Positions 1 through 10,949 of a DNA stretch of 64,000 nt are shown piece by piece. Made by a program: the position numbers and the translations under genes. Position 1 is the stretch's first letter, and the number at the start of each line of letters is the position of its first letter. Where the stretch lies: assembly GCF_000143415.4 (NCBI RefSeq), contig NW_003314351.1:355501-419500 (forward strand). The letters are read 5' to 3'. The notes beneath the pieces are model-generated. The model had not been told where the DNA came from and made no database searches. It saw only the letters and a list, made by a program, of their open reading frames with translations. This DNA is from Selaginella moellendorffii (taxonomy: Eukaryota; Plantae; Lycopodiophyta).

Positions 1-1310
1 ACTCTACCCCAATGGCACTGTCAAAGTCAGCACACTTGCTGAAGACTTCACTAGATCGTCAACCTCAACAAGCTTGGACCATATCACGTTGACATGTTCA
101 GCATCAGCACCTCAGCAAATTTCCAACCAGAACCGACAAACACCTTGAAACCAACAATCGACAATCACCGGTAGCCAAACTTTAACTCAACTCAGTTAGA
201 CACAACTCAACTCGACTCAACACGAACTCATCCACCAACTTCAGCAACAAACAGCAGCAAAAATTATAAGTTCCAAGCTACCGTTGGATCAACGCCACCT
301 CAGCAGATATCAACAGTTGAACTTGAGTTAACTTCATCAGCAATATCCACCATTGATCTTCAATCAAGCCAAGTCAAACCAAATCAATTCGGTCAACAAA
401 TCTCTACCATTTATCACCAGCAATCAAGCGCCACATGATCAGCCAACCAACAGTTACGGGTCTCAAGAACCCTAACAGGGGAAGCACTTTGATCTGAAGA
501 GAAAGATGCCAGCTCATCCACCCCGGCGCCTCAGATACATCATACACCATATTCCTAGGCTTCCCAGCAACGACATAACCACTTTGGCTCAAGGACAATG
601 GATTCTAGCTCCAGCCATCAACAAGCCGATTATCTGGTCGAATATCAAGATGGTTCCTTTTACTACAAGAATACAACTTCGAAATCGTCCACAAACCTGG
701 CAAAAATCACTAGCAAGCAGATTATTACAATTATCAACATGTCTAAGTGCACATACAAAAGGGTCTGGGAGAATGCTCTAATCCTGAATATTACTGTCCG
801 CATGGTTTCTCACCACACCTCTTCAACATTTCTCCTACCACTGTTAACTTAACGTCGACACGGGGGACAATTTCAGAATCCAATCGCTTCAATCTCCTTG
901 TATTGTCCACAGCCAGTGTCAGACATAGCACAGCCTTCTCTTTGCTTAGTCTTTGTTAAATTATAATTGGAGAAAATGTGATCTAAGCCAGAATTTCTTT
1001 CTTGCTTTCTTACTTTATTCTGATTCATGTTGTGTTCCCATTGTACTTCTAAATTCACAAAAGATTTGCTCGTTCTTGCGCCTCTATTTGACGTTGATGC
1101 TGGCGACCAAGATACTTTTCCAGCCCAACCTCAAAGAATCGGTTTCTTCAAGGACCTGCTCTACTTCCCTATCGATCCAGAGGAAGATACAATATTTCTC
1201 CTACACTCCTTCATCACAAATTGCATGGCGAGTAACTTCGGACATTGACACCGGCCCCTCCAAGGAGGGACATTCCTTATTCATTCATAATAGTAATGCC
1301 CATAACTAGT
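1..1310 (+). mobile_element. Decayed Ty3/gypsy (Athila/Tat-like) integrase tail plus 3' extra region
   Basis: The copy-B equivalent reads WKGPFKIIALYPNGTVKV...VNLNKLRPY (GPY/F module) and follows an integrase core fragment (VLWAYRTAYK) at 52330-52770. Downstream are broken Cys-containing ORF pieces. Confidence 0.65.
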
Positions 1311-1323
1311 TTCAGCAACTAGA

Positions 1324-2167
1324 CTAGACAGGCAGAGCGATACCCCCTGCAGCGCAGAGATCAGCTCCGGTGTTGCGATCGTAGAGACTGCAGCCCTCTG
1401 TCATGTCCTCACAGCTGCGGCGTGCATTCCTGCAAGACTGCAGGGTGGTGCCCTGAAAAGTTACAGACTTGGTACAAATGGACACTGTGGGCAGGCAAAC
1501 TTGGACGCAAAACCTCATGGGGTCTTCAGTAGGCAGGCAGGTGCTGTTTGCGGATGGATTCTCCAAGTAGATGCAACCGGATTTCCCGAAGCAGCAACCA
1601 CAGTTATCTTTGGAGACCTCGGCATTGCAGACCTCCACAATCGAATCAAGCTTACACTTCCTTCCTGCCATGAGCTCTATCGGAGAGGGCTGAGCTTCCT
1701 GAACATAATGAACAAGGCGGTTACCTTGATCTGTGCCCTGCTGCTCCAGCCGCGGGATGGGGTCACCGTTAACGATGTTGTAGTAACCGCATCCAGGTTG
1801 TCGGGGTGGGAGTTTTCCCTTGAGCACCTTGATGCCTGATGTTGGGAATCCTGATGAAGGCAATGGGCATACGGCCAACTTCGGACCTTGGCACTCCCGG
1901 GTACAAGCCCTTGAATCACCGCCAATGCAAGTGACTTGTCCTGAACCAGGTTGCAGATAGACACAACCTTTCTTCAGACTACAGCAGTTGCTGCAATCGG
2001 TATAGGTGAGGTCACCATAGCAAACCTCGACGACGCCACCTTGAGCAGCTGCAAGAACAGGAGTCCGAGTTAGAATCGACTGTAACATACAAGTGGAGAT
2101 CTCTCTCACAGGATAACGAGGCCAACAGAAGAAGAACGAGCACGGGGAGATTGCCACTTCCAGCCAT
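1324..2167 (-). CDS. Secreted multi-domain potato type II proteinase inhibitor (Pin-II, MEROPS I20), 260 aa. Exon 1 2167-2110, phase-1 intron 2109-2049, exon 2 2048-1324
   Basis: Exon 1 encodes signal peptide MAGSGNLPVLVLLLLASLS. GT...CTAAC...TTGCAG intron of 61 nt. Pin-II cysteine pattern CSNCCSLKKGCVY...C...ACTREC...VCP and a second similar module. A phase-1 intron in the signal region is typical of Pin-II genes. Confidence 0.88.
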
Positions 2168-2414
2168 ACCTCTCTATTGCAGATCTGATGGGCTTTCGAA
2201 GTCCAGCATTGGTGCTTTAGAAATGTTCAAAACGTGTGTCCTTGTTAGCAGCTCGCCACCACACAATGGATATCTCAATGCGATAAGATAAGCCCTCTCA
2301 CCACGGATGCGACGGGCGAGCTGAATGTCCTTTGGCAATGCCAAAGGACATCTAATGCCAAATTGGCATTAGATAGTGGCTTGCTTTCCGAAGATTCACC
2401 GGTAAAATGCGGGA

Positions 2415-2560
2415 ACAATGCCCAGTCTCAGCACAAAAACAAATATCAGCTCCAGTGTTGCAAACGTAAAGATTGCAGCCCTTGATAGAATGAGCGGACC
2501 GAAGCTGGAGAGCCTAGGCCTGAAAAACAATCAGGCACGGTTGCAAGGGTGCAGGGTAAC
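2415..2560 (-). pseudogene. Remnant 3' end of another Pin-II paralogue
   Basis: Minus strand 2482-2440 reads (K)GCNLYVCNTGADIC, 36/43 nt identical to the EGCSLYDRNTGADLC tail of the adjacent gene. Confidence 0.65.
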
Positions 2561-3099
2561 AAGTTGCATACGGTGGCAATTTATTTTGGAAAAATGCTCG
2601 TCTCGACCATTTTGATTTTTTATATTCATTTTCTGTGTCACATATATTGTCTATATGCCACTTGCAACCCTTGTACCAGGGGTGCTACCCCGATCGATTT
2701 TTTGCTCTTTGGTAGGGAAAGCTGGATTACTCCTGTGTTGAGAGCTCATAAAATAGAGTAAATGGCAGCATCTGTTAGAACTAAGCTGAACATGCACACA
2801 ACCAAGGCAGGTAGCTCACTGGTAGAGCACCTGGCACCAGTGTAGGAGGTCCTGCCTGTCCAGCCATTTTCCAACAGCATCCATCCCTCCAGCTGGCTGA
2901 AAGTTTGGATCCCAGGACCATTTTGCACTAACAATGCAAACTTTAACTGAACCAGGCCATGGGGAAGAGTCAACCATTGAACCCAATCATGATCAATAAC
3001 AAGGACTCGACGCAAAGAGTTTCTTCAATTCTCATATTGGTGTTGGTACAGTGGTTCACATTGAGTTGGTAGCTTCCCAGACAACTTGTTTGGTTGCTG

Positions 3100-3270
3100 C
3101 TAAAGTTCCTTGATGGAACACTGCCTTCAAACCTGTTGTTGGTCGCATTGGAGCTGAAATTTTTTGGAAGGCTCACCCGAGAAGATGGCCTCCCAGTTTA
3201 TTGGAGTTTAACAGAAGTATGCTCGGAAAGCTGAGAGGAATGCTGCCTTGTAGGTGACTAATATCTGTCG
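3100..3270 (-). pseudogene. Plant-type LRR gene remnant (copy B ~56320-56490)
   Basis: Frameshifted LRR consensus pieces HLQGSIPLSF, LNSNKLGGHL, NNRFEGSVPS. Confidence 0.6.
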
Positions 3271-3585
3271 AATCTCAGGAGAGCTGAACAAGCTAGAAGC
3301 AGTTAGAGAGTTCCTAATCCCTGCAAGCTGGAATAGTTGGTTTATGAATATCTATCAAATCCATCAAATCCAATGCACCTTCACTGAAAATGTCCAAACA
3401 CAGTAGGTGTAATGGGACCAATGTCGTACTTGGCACTGTCCATAAACCATGGCTACAACAAAATAGCAATTGTCGTTGGCATTGCTTTGGCCTGTACATG
3501 TGATCTGAAATATGTCCTGCCAGCCCACGAGAGAACGAGCTTTCTAAATGCTTGAAAACGTTTAGTGTTTGGAACGTTACATAGG

Positions 3586-4409
3586 ATGAAGTTATCGCCT
3601 CTGACGGTGAATCCAAAGCCCTCTCTCCAGATCGTCGCGAGTTTTACAAGTTCCCAGCAAGACACAACCTCACTGGCAGAGCATGGCCCGTGGTGATTCG
3701 GCCTCTTTTGTTTTGCGTGGTTTACTCCCAAAGCCGGAGATCAACTTTCATGCTGGGATGCTGGCCGGTGTAACCTTGGGGACGGTGTCTGGTGACGAGT
3801 TATTGCAGGGGCCGAGCCTGACCGAATCAACTGGTAAGCTAGAAGTTTTTTTCGTATTTAAGTATTCGCTGACTGATACTTTATTCCAGCGGCTTCGACA
3901 TGGTCCGTAGCCAACGCCACGGCATTTGGACAGTGGATACAGAGCAGAGGCTCCATCTCTCCCGTTGCATCCGGCTACGTCATCTCCGGCCCGACTACAG
4001 CTCTACGAGCCGAGGTTGTTCATGTTTCCATGGAGGAGGAATGGCCGAGGACGCTCCAGAACGGTCTCGTAGCACACTTCGGCTCCTCCAAGGCTCGAGA
4101 CAGGAGATGCAAGGGATGCGTCTGGGTGGGAATGGCTTGTGTGACAACGCCGGTAGTAGCAGCAACACTAGCAGCAGCAGTGTGGGCACAGGGAAGCCAG
4201 GGAGCAGCAGCGGCATCAAGCTGCAAATCCGCTACGTTCTAGAGCAACTTGGAGCGGAATTTTATGGCCTCTCGTGGCTGACCATCAGTCCCATGTATCT
4301 CCACCGGCATCCAGTGCCTTACCACTGCGGCGTAGTGCTGCGGCTGGAGAAGCTACTGGATTACCCGGAGGCACCACCACCGCCGCCGCCGCCGCCGCAG
4401 CTGTTATGA
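3586..4409 (+). pseudogene. Spliced gene of unknown family, probably degenerate (copy B ~56828-57647)
   Basis: Clean GTAAG...CTGAC...TTCCAG intron at ~3835-3889 joining open frames. Coding potential then shifts frame. An 11-nt indel separates the copies near 3677. Confidence 0.4.
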
Positions 4410-4839
4410 TTATGTACATACGATGTTTAAAACGACAGTATAAAAATACGTATTATTATTAAGCAAAGGGAAGATTAAAAAAAAAGACTTTAGCCTTTGT
4501 TCGTTAACCATCTCTTATTTGTTGAGCATACAATGGCGGACGCAAGGGGCTCTTTTCCAGACGTATTACGCTAAACCGGTTAAAGACCGATCCATGCTTA
4601 ACCTCACAACGATGCACAGCCATATTTCTTGCTCATATCGGTTCTAAGCCAAGGTGCATCGGCCAATGTCGCATTGCTGGATTCCTACCACTTTCGATGA
4701 AACTGCATTCTCTCTCGATCAGCCAAAACACCAAGCTATCTTATTAAAATAAAATAATAGAAATTATAAGAATTAAATTTCAGAGGATACCCAACAAAGT
4801 CACGCTAGGAGTAATATAATTGTTGATAATCTTGGAAGA

Positions 4840-5749
4840 AACCTCATAAAAATGTTAAACCATCAAAAGATAAATGTGCACTTCGATTATCACATAGTGT
4901 ACCATTTTGTGTTCCGCATCCACATAATATTGGATTGTTGCAATGGAAAATCATCTCCTGGTGCACTGCAACAAGCCACTTTATAAGTTTTAAATCCATA
5001 TTGATCCATATTTCATAAGCTCAGTGCGTGCAGAGAACCAATCAAAATAGTATAGTTCAATATCATCGTTCTGATTTTTAATATCATTCACGATATCCAA
5101 AATAGCTTAATAATATTTGTATATTGCATACCCCCAATATCAACAAACTCTTATAAATAGCCACGAGAACAATCTTGACGAGGAAGATTCATCACCAGAA
5201 AATGTTTGGCACCAGAATTATATAAATCCATAATACTAGATTTAATGCCAGCCACCACAGATGGAATTGATATTTTCCATATTGCATACCATAATTAGGA
5301 TTATTACCAATATAATAAAGTGCTTTATCTTTATGAAGTTGTAATATTGTTTATGTCATAGAAAACCTGAAACTTGCGTAGATAAAACATGAGAACAGAA
5401 GTATTATAATACTAGTTGGACGAACAGTCACTCCAAATTCAAGCCCATAAAATAAGTTCCATTGTAAGTCAAGCTAGGATGCTCAAAATCTCCAAGCTTG
5501 AGAGAACAAGCTAGATAATCAATACAAATATATCCATCCCCTGTGGCTTTTCCAAGTGTCACTCAATATGGCAAATTTCCAGAGAGACTAAAAGCGCCAG
5601 CAGCAATTGCTTCAAGGTTGCGGTTGCCAGTATCAGAGAGTGAATCAGTAAAGCTAAAGATTGCTGAGGAACACAAGTGCCATTGAATTTTTTGGCACTA
5701 TCACCACCTTTGAATCAAGGAGAATTGAAAAGAATGAACGGAAAGCCAT
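4840..5749 (-). pseudogene. GDSL esterase/lipase pseudogene
   Basis: Block I AIFSFTDSLSDTGN; LPY*VTLGKATG, IDYLA, GLNF; LYNSGAKHFLVMNLP; YYFDWF...YGF...VACC; HLSFDG. Multiple stops and frameshifts. Confidence 0.88.
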
Positions 5750-6249
5750 GGAAAAAACAAAAAAAGACTTGATGAAAACAATGACCTTATATACGCAAGA
5801 GTGTGGTGTCATTTTTATCTGAAATGTTGATATTTTTGTGGTGTGAGGGCCAAGTGTACGGCTACGATGCCGTATACTAATATTAGCGTAGTGGGATTTT
5901 GGTAGCCGTCGGATTGGTTTCAATCCGGACCACTCGCTCCTGTATATAAGCTAGGGTTTTTGGGCTAATTGATATGCACATTTCTGTATTCCCTTTCCAT
6001 ATTCCATGCACTCACATTGGTGGAGATGAGGGGCACATTTGATTGTCCCTGGGGAGTGCTTGGATTTGGGATTTCGGTTTAGATCTAGCTTTTGCATTGT
6101 CTAGATCTAGCTTTTTCCATTTCCTTTCTTTTGTTCTTTCCTTTCAGGATTTTGGTTTAGATCTAGCTTTTTGCATTGTTTAGATCTACCATTTCTTTCC
6201 AGCTTTTTGTCATTTCTCTTCTTTTGCTCTTTCTTTTTCATTCATCTTC

Positions 6250-7168
6250 ATGGCCGATCTGCAATTTCCTCCTTTGACTCTAGAGCAGCAGTTGGTTCAA
6301 TTGCTTGATGCTATGCGCTTGCAATTGAACAACCAAACTTAGTTGATGGCGGTGTTCACGGCACATGGTACAACTCCTCCTGCTCTTGGTGCCAATCCTC
6401 GCGTTCGGCCGGAGTTCTTTCGTGGGAGTTCTGGGGATGATGTGTACCATTGGTTCGATCACTTCACGGTGATTGCCACATATCATTCTTGGGATGATGC
6501 TCGATATTTGCGTGAGTTCCCCACATGTCTCCAAGGGACGGCATTGCAGTGGTACAATGGATTGAGCGCAGCCACTCGTGGCGATTGGAGTGTTCTTCCA
6601 GACGTCTTCAAATGCGCCTTCGGACACGCCGATGATTGTGATGATGCCTTCCAACAATTGCATCGTCTTCGCCAAAGGCCATCTGAGTCGGTGATGCAAT
6701 TTGGCGTTCGTTTTCGAAGTCTTTTGCTTCGTGCGGAGCCAAATATGTCGGAGCGGATTGTGGCCAGCACTTCGTCAAGATCTTGTCGGACTTGTGCATG
6801 CACTTGCTCCTGCCACTCTTGACGATGCTCTTCGCTTGGCACAACGTTATGAGACGTCGCCTCTTCCACTTCTTGTTACACGTCCTTCAGCCCCACTTCC
6901 TATGAGTGATGGTCCTGTTCCCATGGAAGTTGATGCTGCTGCTACTCGAGTCCAAGGACAAGGGCGAGGACGTGGTTGTGGCCGTGATGTTCGTTGCTGG
7001 ACGTGTGATGAAATTGGTCATACTTATCGGCGTTGTCAGCGCTTTCCGGATTGGCGACCTCCATTTCCTGGGTGGAGACCTTGGCGTCAGCAACGTCCCG
7101 TTGGTGCTGCTGCGGTGGAAGGTTTGGATACCGAGGTGCATTCGGGAAACGAGGAGTCGCACGAGTAA
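6250..7168 (+). pseudogene. gag of the 5842-10821 element (stop and frameshift)
   Basis: LQGTALQWY capsid motif, GPVPMEVD, CCHC knuckle CWTCDEIGHTYRRC. Confidence 0.9.
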
Positions 7169-10100
7169 TGGAGGGACCTTGCGCGAATAAGTTAGTGACC
7201 CCTCCATCTTTCTTTCGGGAGTATCATCAAGGGGTTCACTCGGCACCGGTTCATCCAGTGTTTACTTTCCAAGCTCGTTTTTATAACAAGAGGTCTCTTA
7301 TTCTTCTCTCCATGTTGGTTGATACAGGTTCGAGTTTATCTTCTATTGCTCGACCTGTTGCCACACGTTGTCGTCTACACTTGCGTCGTGCGGCGGATCC
7401 AGTTTTCATTCTTTATGGCAACGGCCGTACACATGCATGTGCACAAGATGAGGCGGACCTAGTTGTGCGTGTGGGCAATCTCGAGCTTGAGTTGCTGTCG
7501 TTGCGGGTGGTGCCGAGTCAAGCTTTTGACCTCATTCTTGGTATGGATTGGTTGCAGCGCAATCATGCCAAGTGTGACTTTGAGTCTTCTCCCCCTTGTC
7601 TCATACTTCCTTATGTTTCATCCATTCCTCTCACTTCCGTACCCCTTCGTCCCTCTACTTCTACCTCTACTTCCATTACTTTTGTTCCCCCACTGTTTCC
7701 TCTTGTGTTTCCATCTTGTTCTACTCTTCCCTTTCCCGATCTCTCCGATGATCTTTGTGTTGCAGCGGTTGATCGGCTCATGAAGGAGTATTCTGATCTC
7801 TTTGAATTTGACCTATCGTCTGGGGCCAAGATTGCCACACGTCATCCCATTTCAACCGGGGATGCTCGTCCAATCAAGGTTCCTGTTTGTCGTCGGTCAC
7901 CCAAGGAGATCAAGATTTTACGTGCAAACGTCAAGGAGATGTTAGAGAAGGGTGTTATTTGGAAGTCGCGGAGTCCTTGGGCATATGAACCTCATCTTGT
8001 GACGAAGCCTGATGGTAGTATTCGTTTCTGCATCGACTATCGTCCGTTAAATGAAGTGACGATCCCGGACGTGTACCCTCTTCCTCACACTGCTGATCTC
8101 TTGGATCGTCTGGGGCAAAGTCGTTGGTTCACCAAGCTAGATCTTGCTTCTGGGTATTGGCAAGTACCGATGGTCGAAGAAGATATTCCTAAGACTGCTT
8201 TTCGTACACCATTTGGTCTGTACGAGTTCTTGGTGATGCCGTTTGGTTTGAACAATGCTCCAGCAACTTTTCAGCGGATGATGGACGAGGTTCTTTGCGA
8301 TATGCCGGAGGTGACGGCTGACTTCATTGATGATGTCTTGATCCACTCAAAGGGGACGTGGGAGGAGCATGTTCGTGATGTTTATAAAGTGTTGGATCGG
8401 CTACGCGACGTTGGTTTAAAGCTGAAGCGGTCAAAGTGCGTGTTTGGGTCCAAGGACACAACTTATCTTGGGTACCGTATTTCTCGTGAGGGTTTGCAAG
8501 TTGATCCTGACAAACTTGTAGCTATTCTAAAGTTCCCTACACCGAAGTGTGTGAATGATGTGCAGTGCTTTTTGGGTAAGGTGCAGTATCTTGGTCGTTT
8601 TGTGGATCATCTTTCCGATCGCACTACACCATTGCGAGCGTTGCTAAAGTCATCAACATCATCTTTCATCTGGTCTCCGGATTGTGAGCGGGCGTTCGTG
8701 AATCTCAAAGAGCTATTGACGACTCCTCCAGTTTTGGCATATCCTGACTACACTCGGCCTTTTATTTTGCGCGTGGATGCTTTTGACATTGGTCTTGGAG
8801 GTGTGTTGATGCAAGAGAGCTCAAGTGTGCCTGGTCAGCGCCATCCCATTGCATACATAAGCACATTACAACCAGCGGAGATGAACTACTCCACGACGGA
8901 GAAGGAGTGTTTAGCAGCAGTCTGGGGTTTCGAGAAACTTCATGCATATCTACATGGTTCTCGGACGTTACTTGAGGTGACCATGCTGCTGTTACTTCAT
9001 TATTAAAGCAGAAGAACCTGGTTGGTTGTACGGCTCGATGGGCTTTGAAGCTTCAGATATATGATTTCGATGTTGTTCATCGCCCAGGGAGTTCTATGGC
9101 TAATGCTGATGCCCTTTCTCGAGCTCCTCTTCCTTCTCCACTCACTTCTCATGTTTCTGACAAACCTGTTGTTCCAGCATCTGTGGATTTTCTAGATGAG
9201 GATTCTGTGCCGTCGGCGGTTGCTATCCTTGACGTTCAGTGTTCACAGGGTGCAAAGCAAGATCTACCTTCTCTTGATGAGGTTCGCGAGGCTCAAAAGA
9301 TTGAGCTGTGGATTCGAAGACTTCGAGATGGGTTTGAGAATCCTGCATCACTTGCTGATGACTTGCTTTTCCGGCATTTACATTCTCAATATCGCCTTGA
9401 AGATGGCCTTCTTTATTTTGTGGGGACGGATCCCGATGATCATTTACGGCTGATGGTGCCTTTGGTGTTTATTCCGTGGTTTCTCCATGCCTACCATAAT
9501 TCTCCTGTTCTAGGTGGTCATATAGGACACCGTTGTGTCACCGAGAAGCTGCGCAGATCTTTCTATTGGCCAGAGATGCGACGTGATATTATCCGGTATG
9601 TGCGTAGCTGTGTTTGGTGCCAAGCTCGTAATACTCCCCCTTGTGCTGCGGAAGGACGGTTGGAGTCAATTGTAGTTTCTCGTCTGTTTGAGTTGGTGGC
9701 GTTTGATCTTATGGGACCTTTTCCACGATCGACTGTTGGCAATGAGTATGTTGTTATTGCTTCTGACTACTTGACTCGTTGGGTGGAAGTTGGTGCTCTT
9801 GCTAGTGCCTTTGCAACTATTGTTGGATACTTCCTCCTCAATCGAGTGGTGTTCTAGCATTCTTGTCCAGAGCGGATTTTTTCGGATAATGGTCCTGCAT
9901 TTATGGCTGAGGTATTTCATGTTTTGACATCTCAATTGGGGATACGCCACACTTTTACGAGTGCTTATCATCCACAATCAGACGGTCTGGTGGAACGGCT
10001 CGTTCGGACATTCAAAGGGATGATTGCGAAGTATGTGAACTTTCAGCATTCGGATTGGGATGGTTATTTGCCGTTTCTTCGGTATGCCTATGTCACAGGG

Positions 10101-10628
10101 GTGCAGAGTTTTGTTGGTGCTTCACCATATAAACTTCTATATGGTCATGATCCAATATTACCAACAGAGTTGGGTTTACCTTCGCGATTGCCACGAGCTC
10201 CTGATGCTAGGTCATGGGATCAATATTTGACAAGCATTCTTCCACTTGTCTGAGCAGAGTCTGCTGAACACTTAGGCCGCGTATAAGTGGGACAACAACG
10301 GCGCTACAATTCCCATCATCGTCCACCTGCGGAGTACAAAGTGGATGATTTGGTGTTAGTCCATTTTCCCCATCTTACGGTACGTGGTTTATCTAAGGGG
10401 TTCCTTGCGCAGTGGAAAGGACCGTATCGGGTGTTGCGGCAAGTTGGACCACAAGTTTATGAGGTTCGGCATGATGTTCAACAAGCCAATCCTCCGGAGA
10501 TTGTGCATGTGCAACGGTTAAAACGCTTCATACAAAGGGATCAAGAGCAGTTAATACCGTCTACAAATCCACCGATGCCTCCTCCTGACGTTCCTCCAGA
10601 TCCCGGCCCATCTACAAGAGAACCCTGA
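7144..10628 (+). pseudogene. pol (PR-RT-RH-INT) in the -1 frame, disrupted
   Basis: ORF pieces 7033-9006, 9045-9857, 9903-10253, 10287-10628 with RT, RNase H, HHCC, DDE (YHPQSDGLVER) and GPY motifs. Confidence 0.93.
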
Positions 10629-10949
10629 CGACCTTCCATTATTCCGAGAGGAGGGGATGATGTGAGGGCCAAGTGTATGGCTACGATGCCATATACTAAT
10701 ATTAGCGTAGTGGGATTTTGGTAGCCGTTGGATTGGTTTCAATCCGGACCACTTGCTCCTGTATATAAACTAAGGTTTTTGGGCTAATTTGTATTCCCTT
10801 TTCATATTCCATGCACTCATAGTGGGAATAATCTTTAAAATATATTTTTCTTTCTACACTAGTAACATAGGATTAATTCTCTTGTTTTTCCCATGTCAGC
10901 CTTTCTACATTCCAAATGCTACAAAATGACCACTATCCGCTAGCTAGAA

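Larger units (their letters stand above)
5842..10821 (+). mobile_element. Full-length degenerate Ty3/gypsy non-chromovirus (Selgy-like). LTRs 5842-6016 and 10661-10821, 4-bp TSD GTGG
   Basis: TG..CA/TA LTRs; PBS TGGTGGAGATG (tRNA-Ala 3' complement) at 6018; PPT gagaggagggg before 10661. Domain order PR (LVDTGSS), RT (FIDD), RH, INT; no chromodomain. Empty site at ~59053 in copy B. Confidence 0.95.

Noticed and set aside
2049-2157. ORF-track N-terminus MAISPCSFFFC... and the apparent truncation of copy B to 184 aa
   Set aside because: Artefacts of reading through the intron; the spliced model gives intact 260-aa proteins in both copies.
4372-4398. CCG/CCA trinucleotide tract
   Set aside because: Ordinary short microsatellite.
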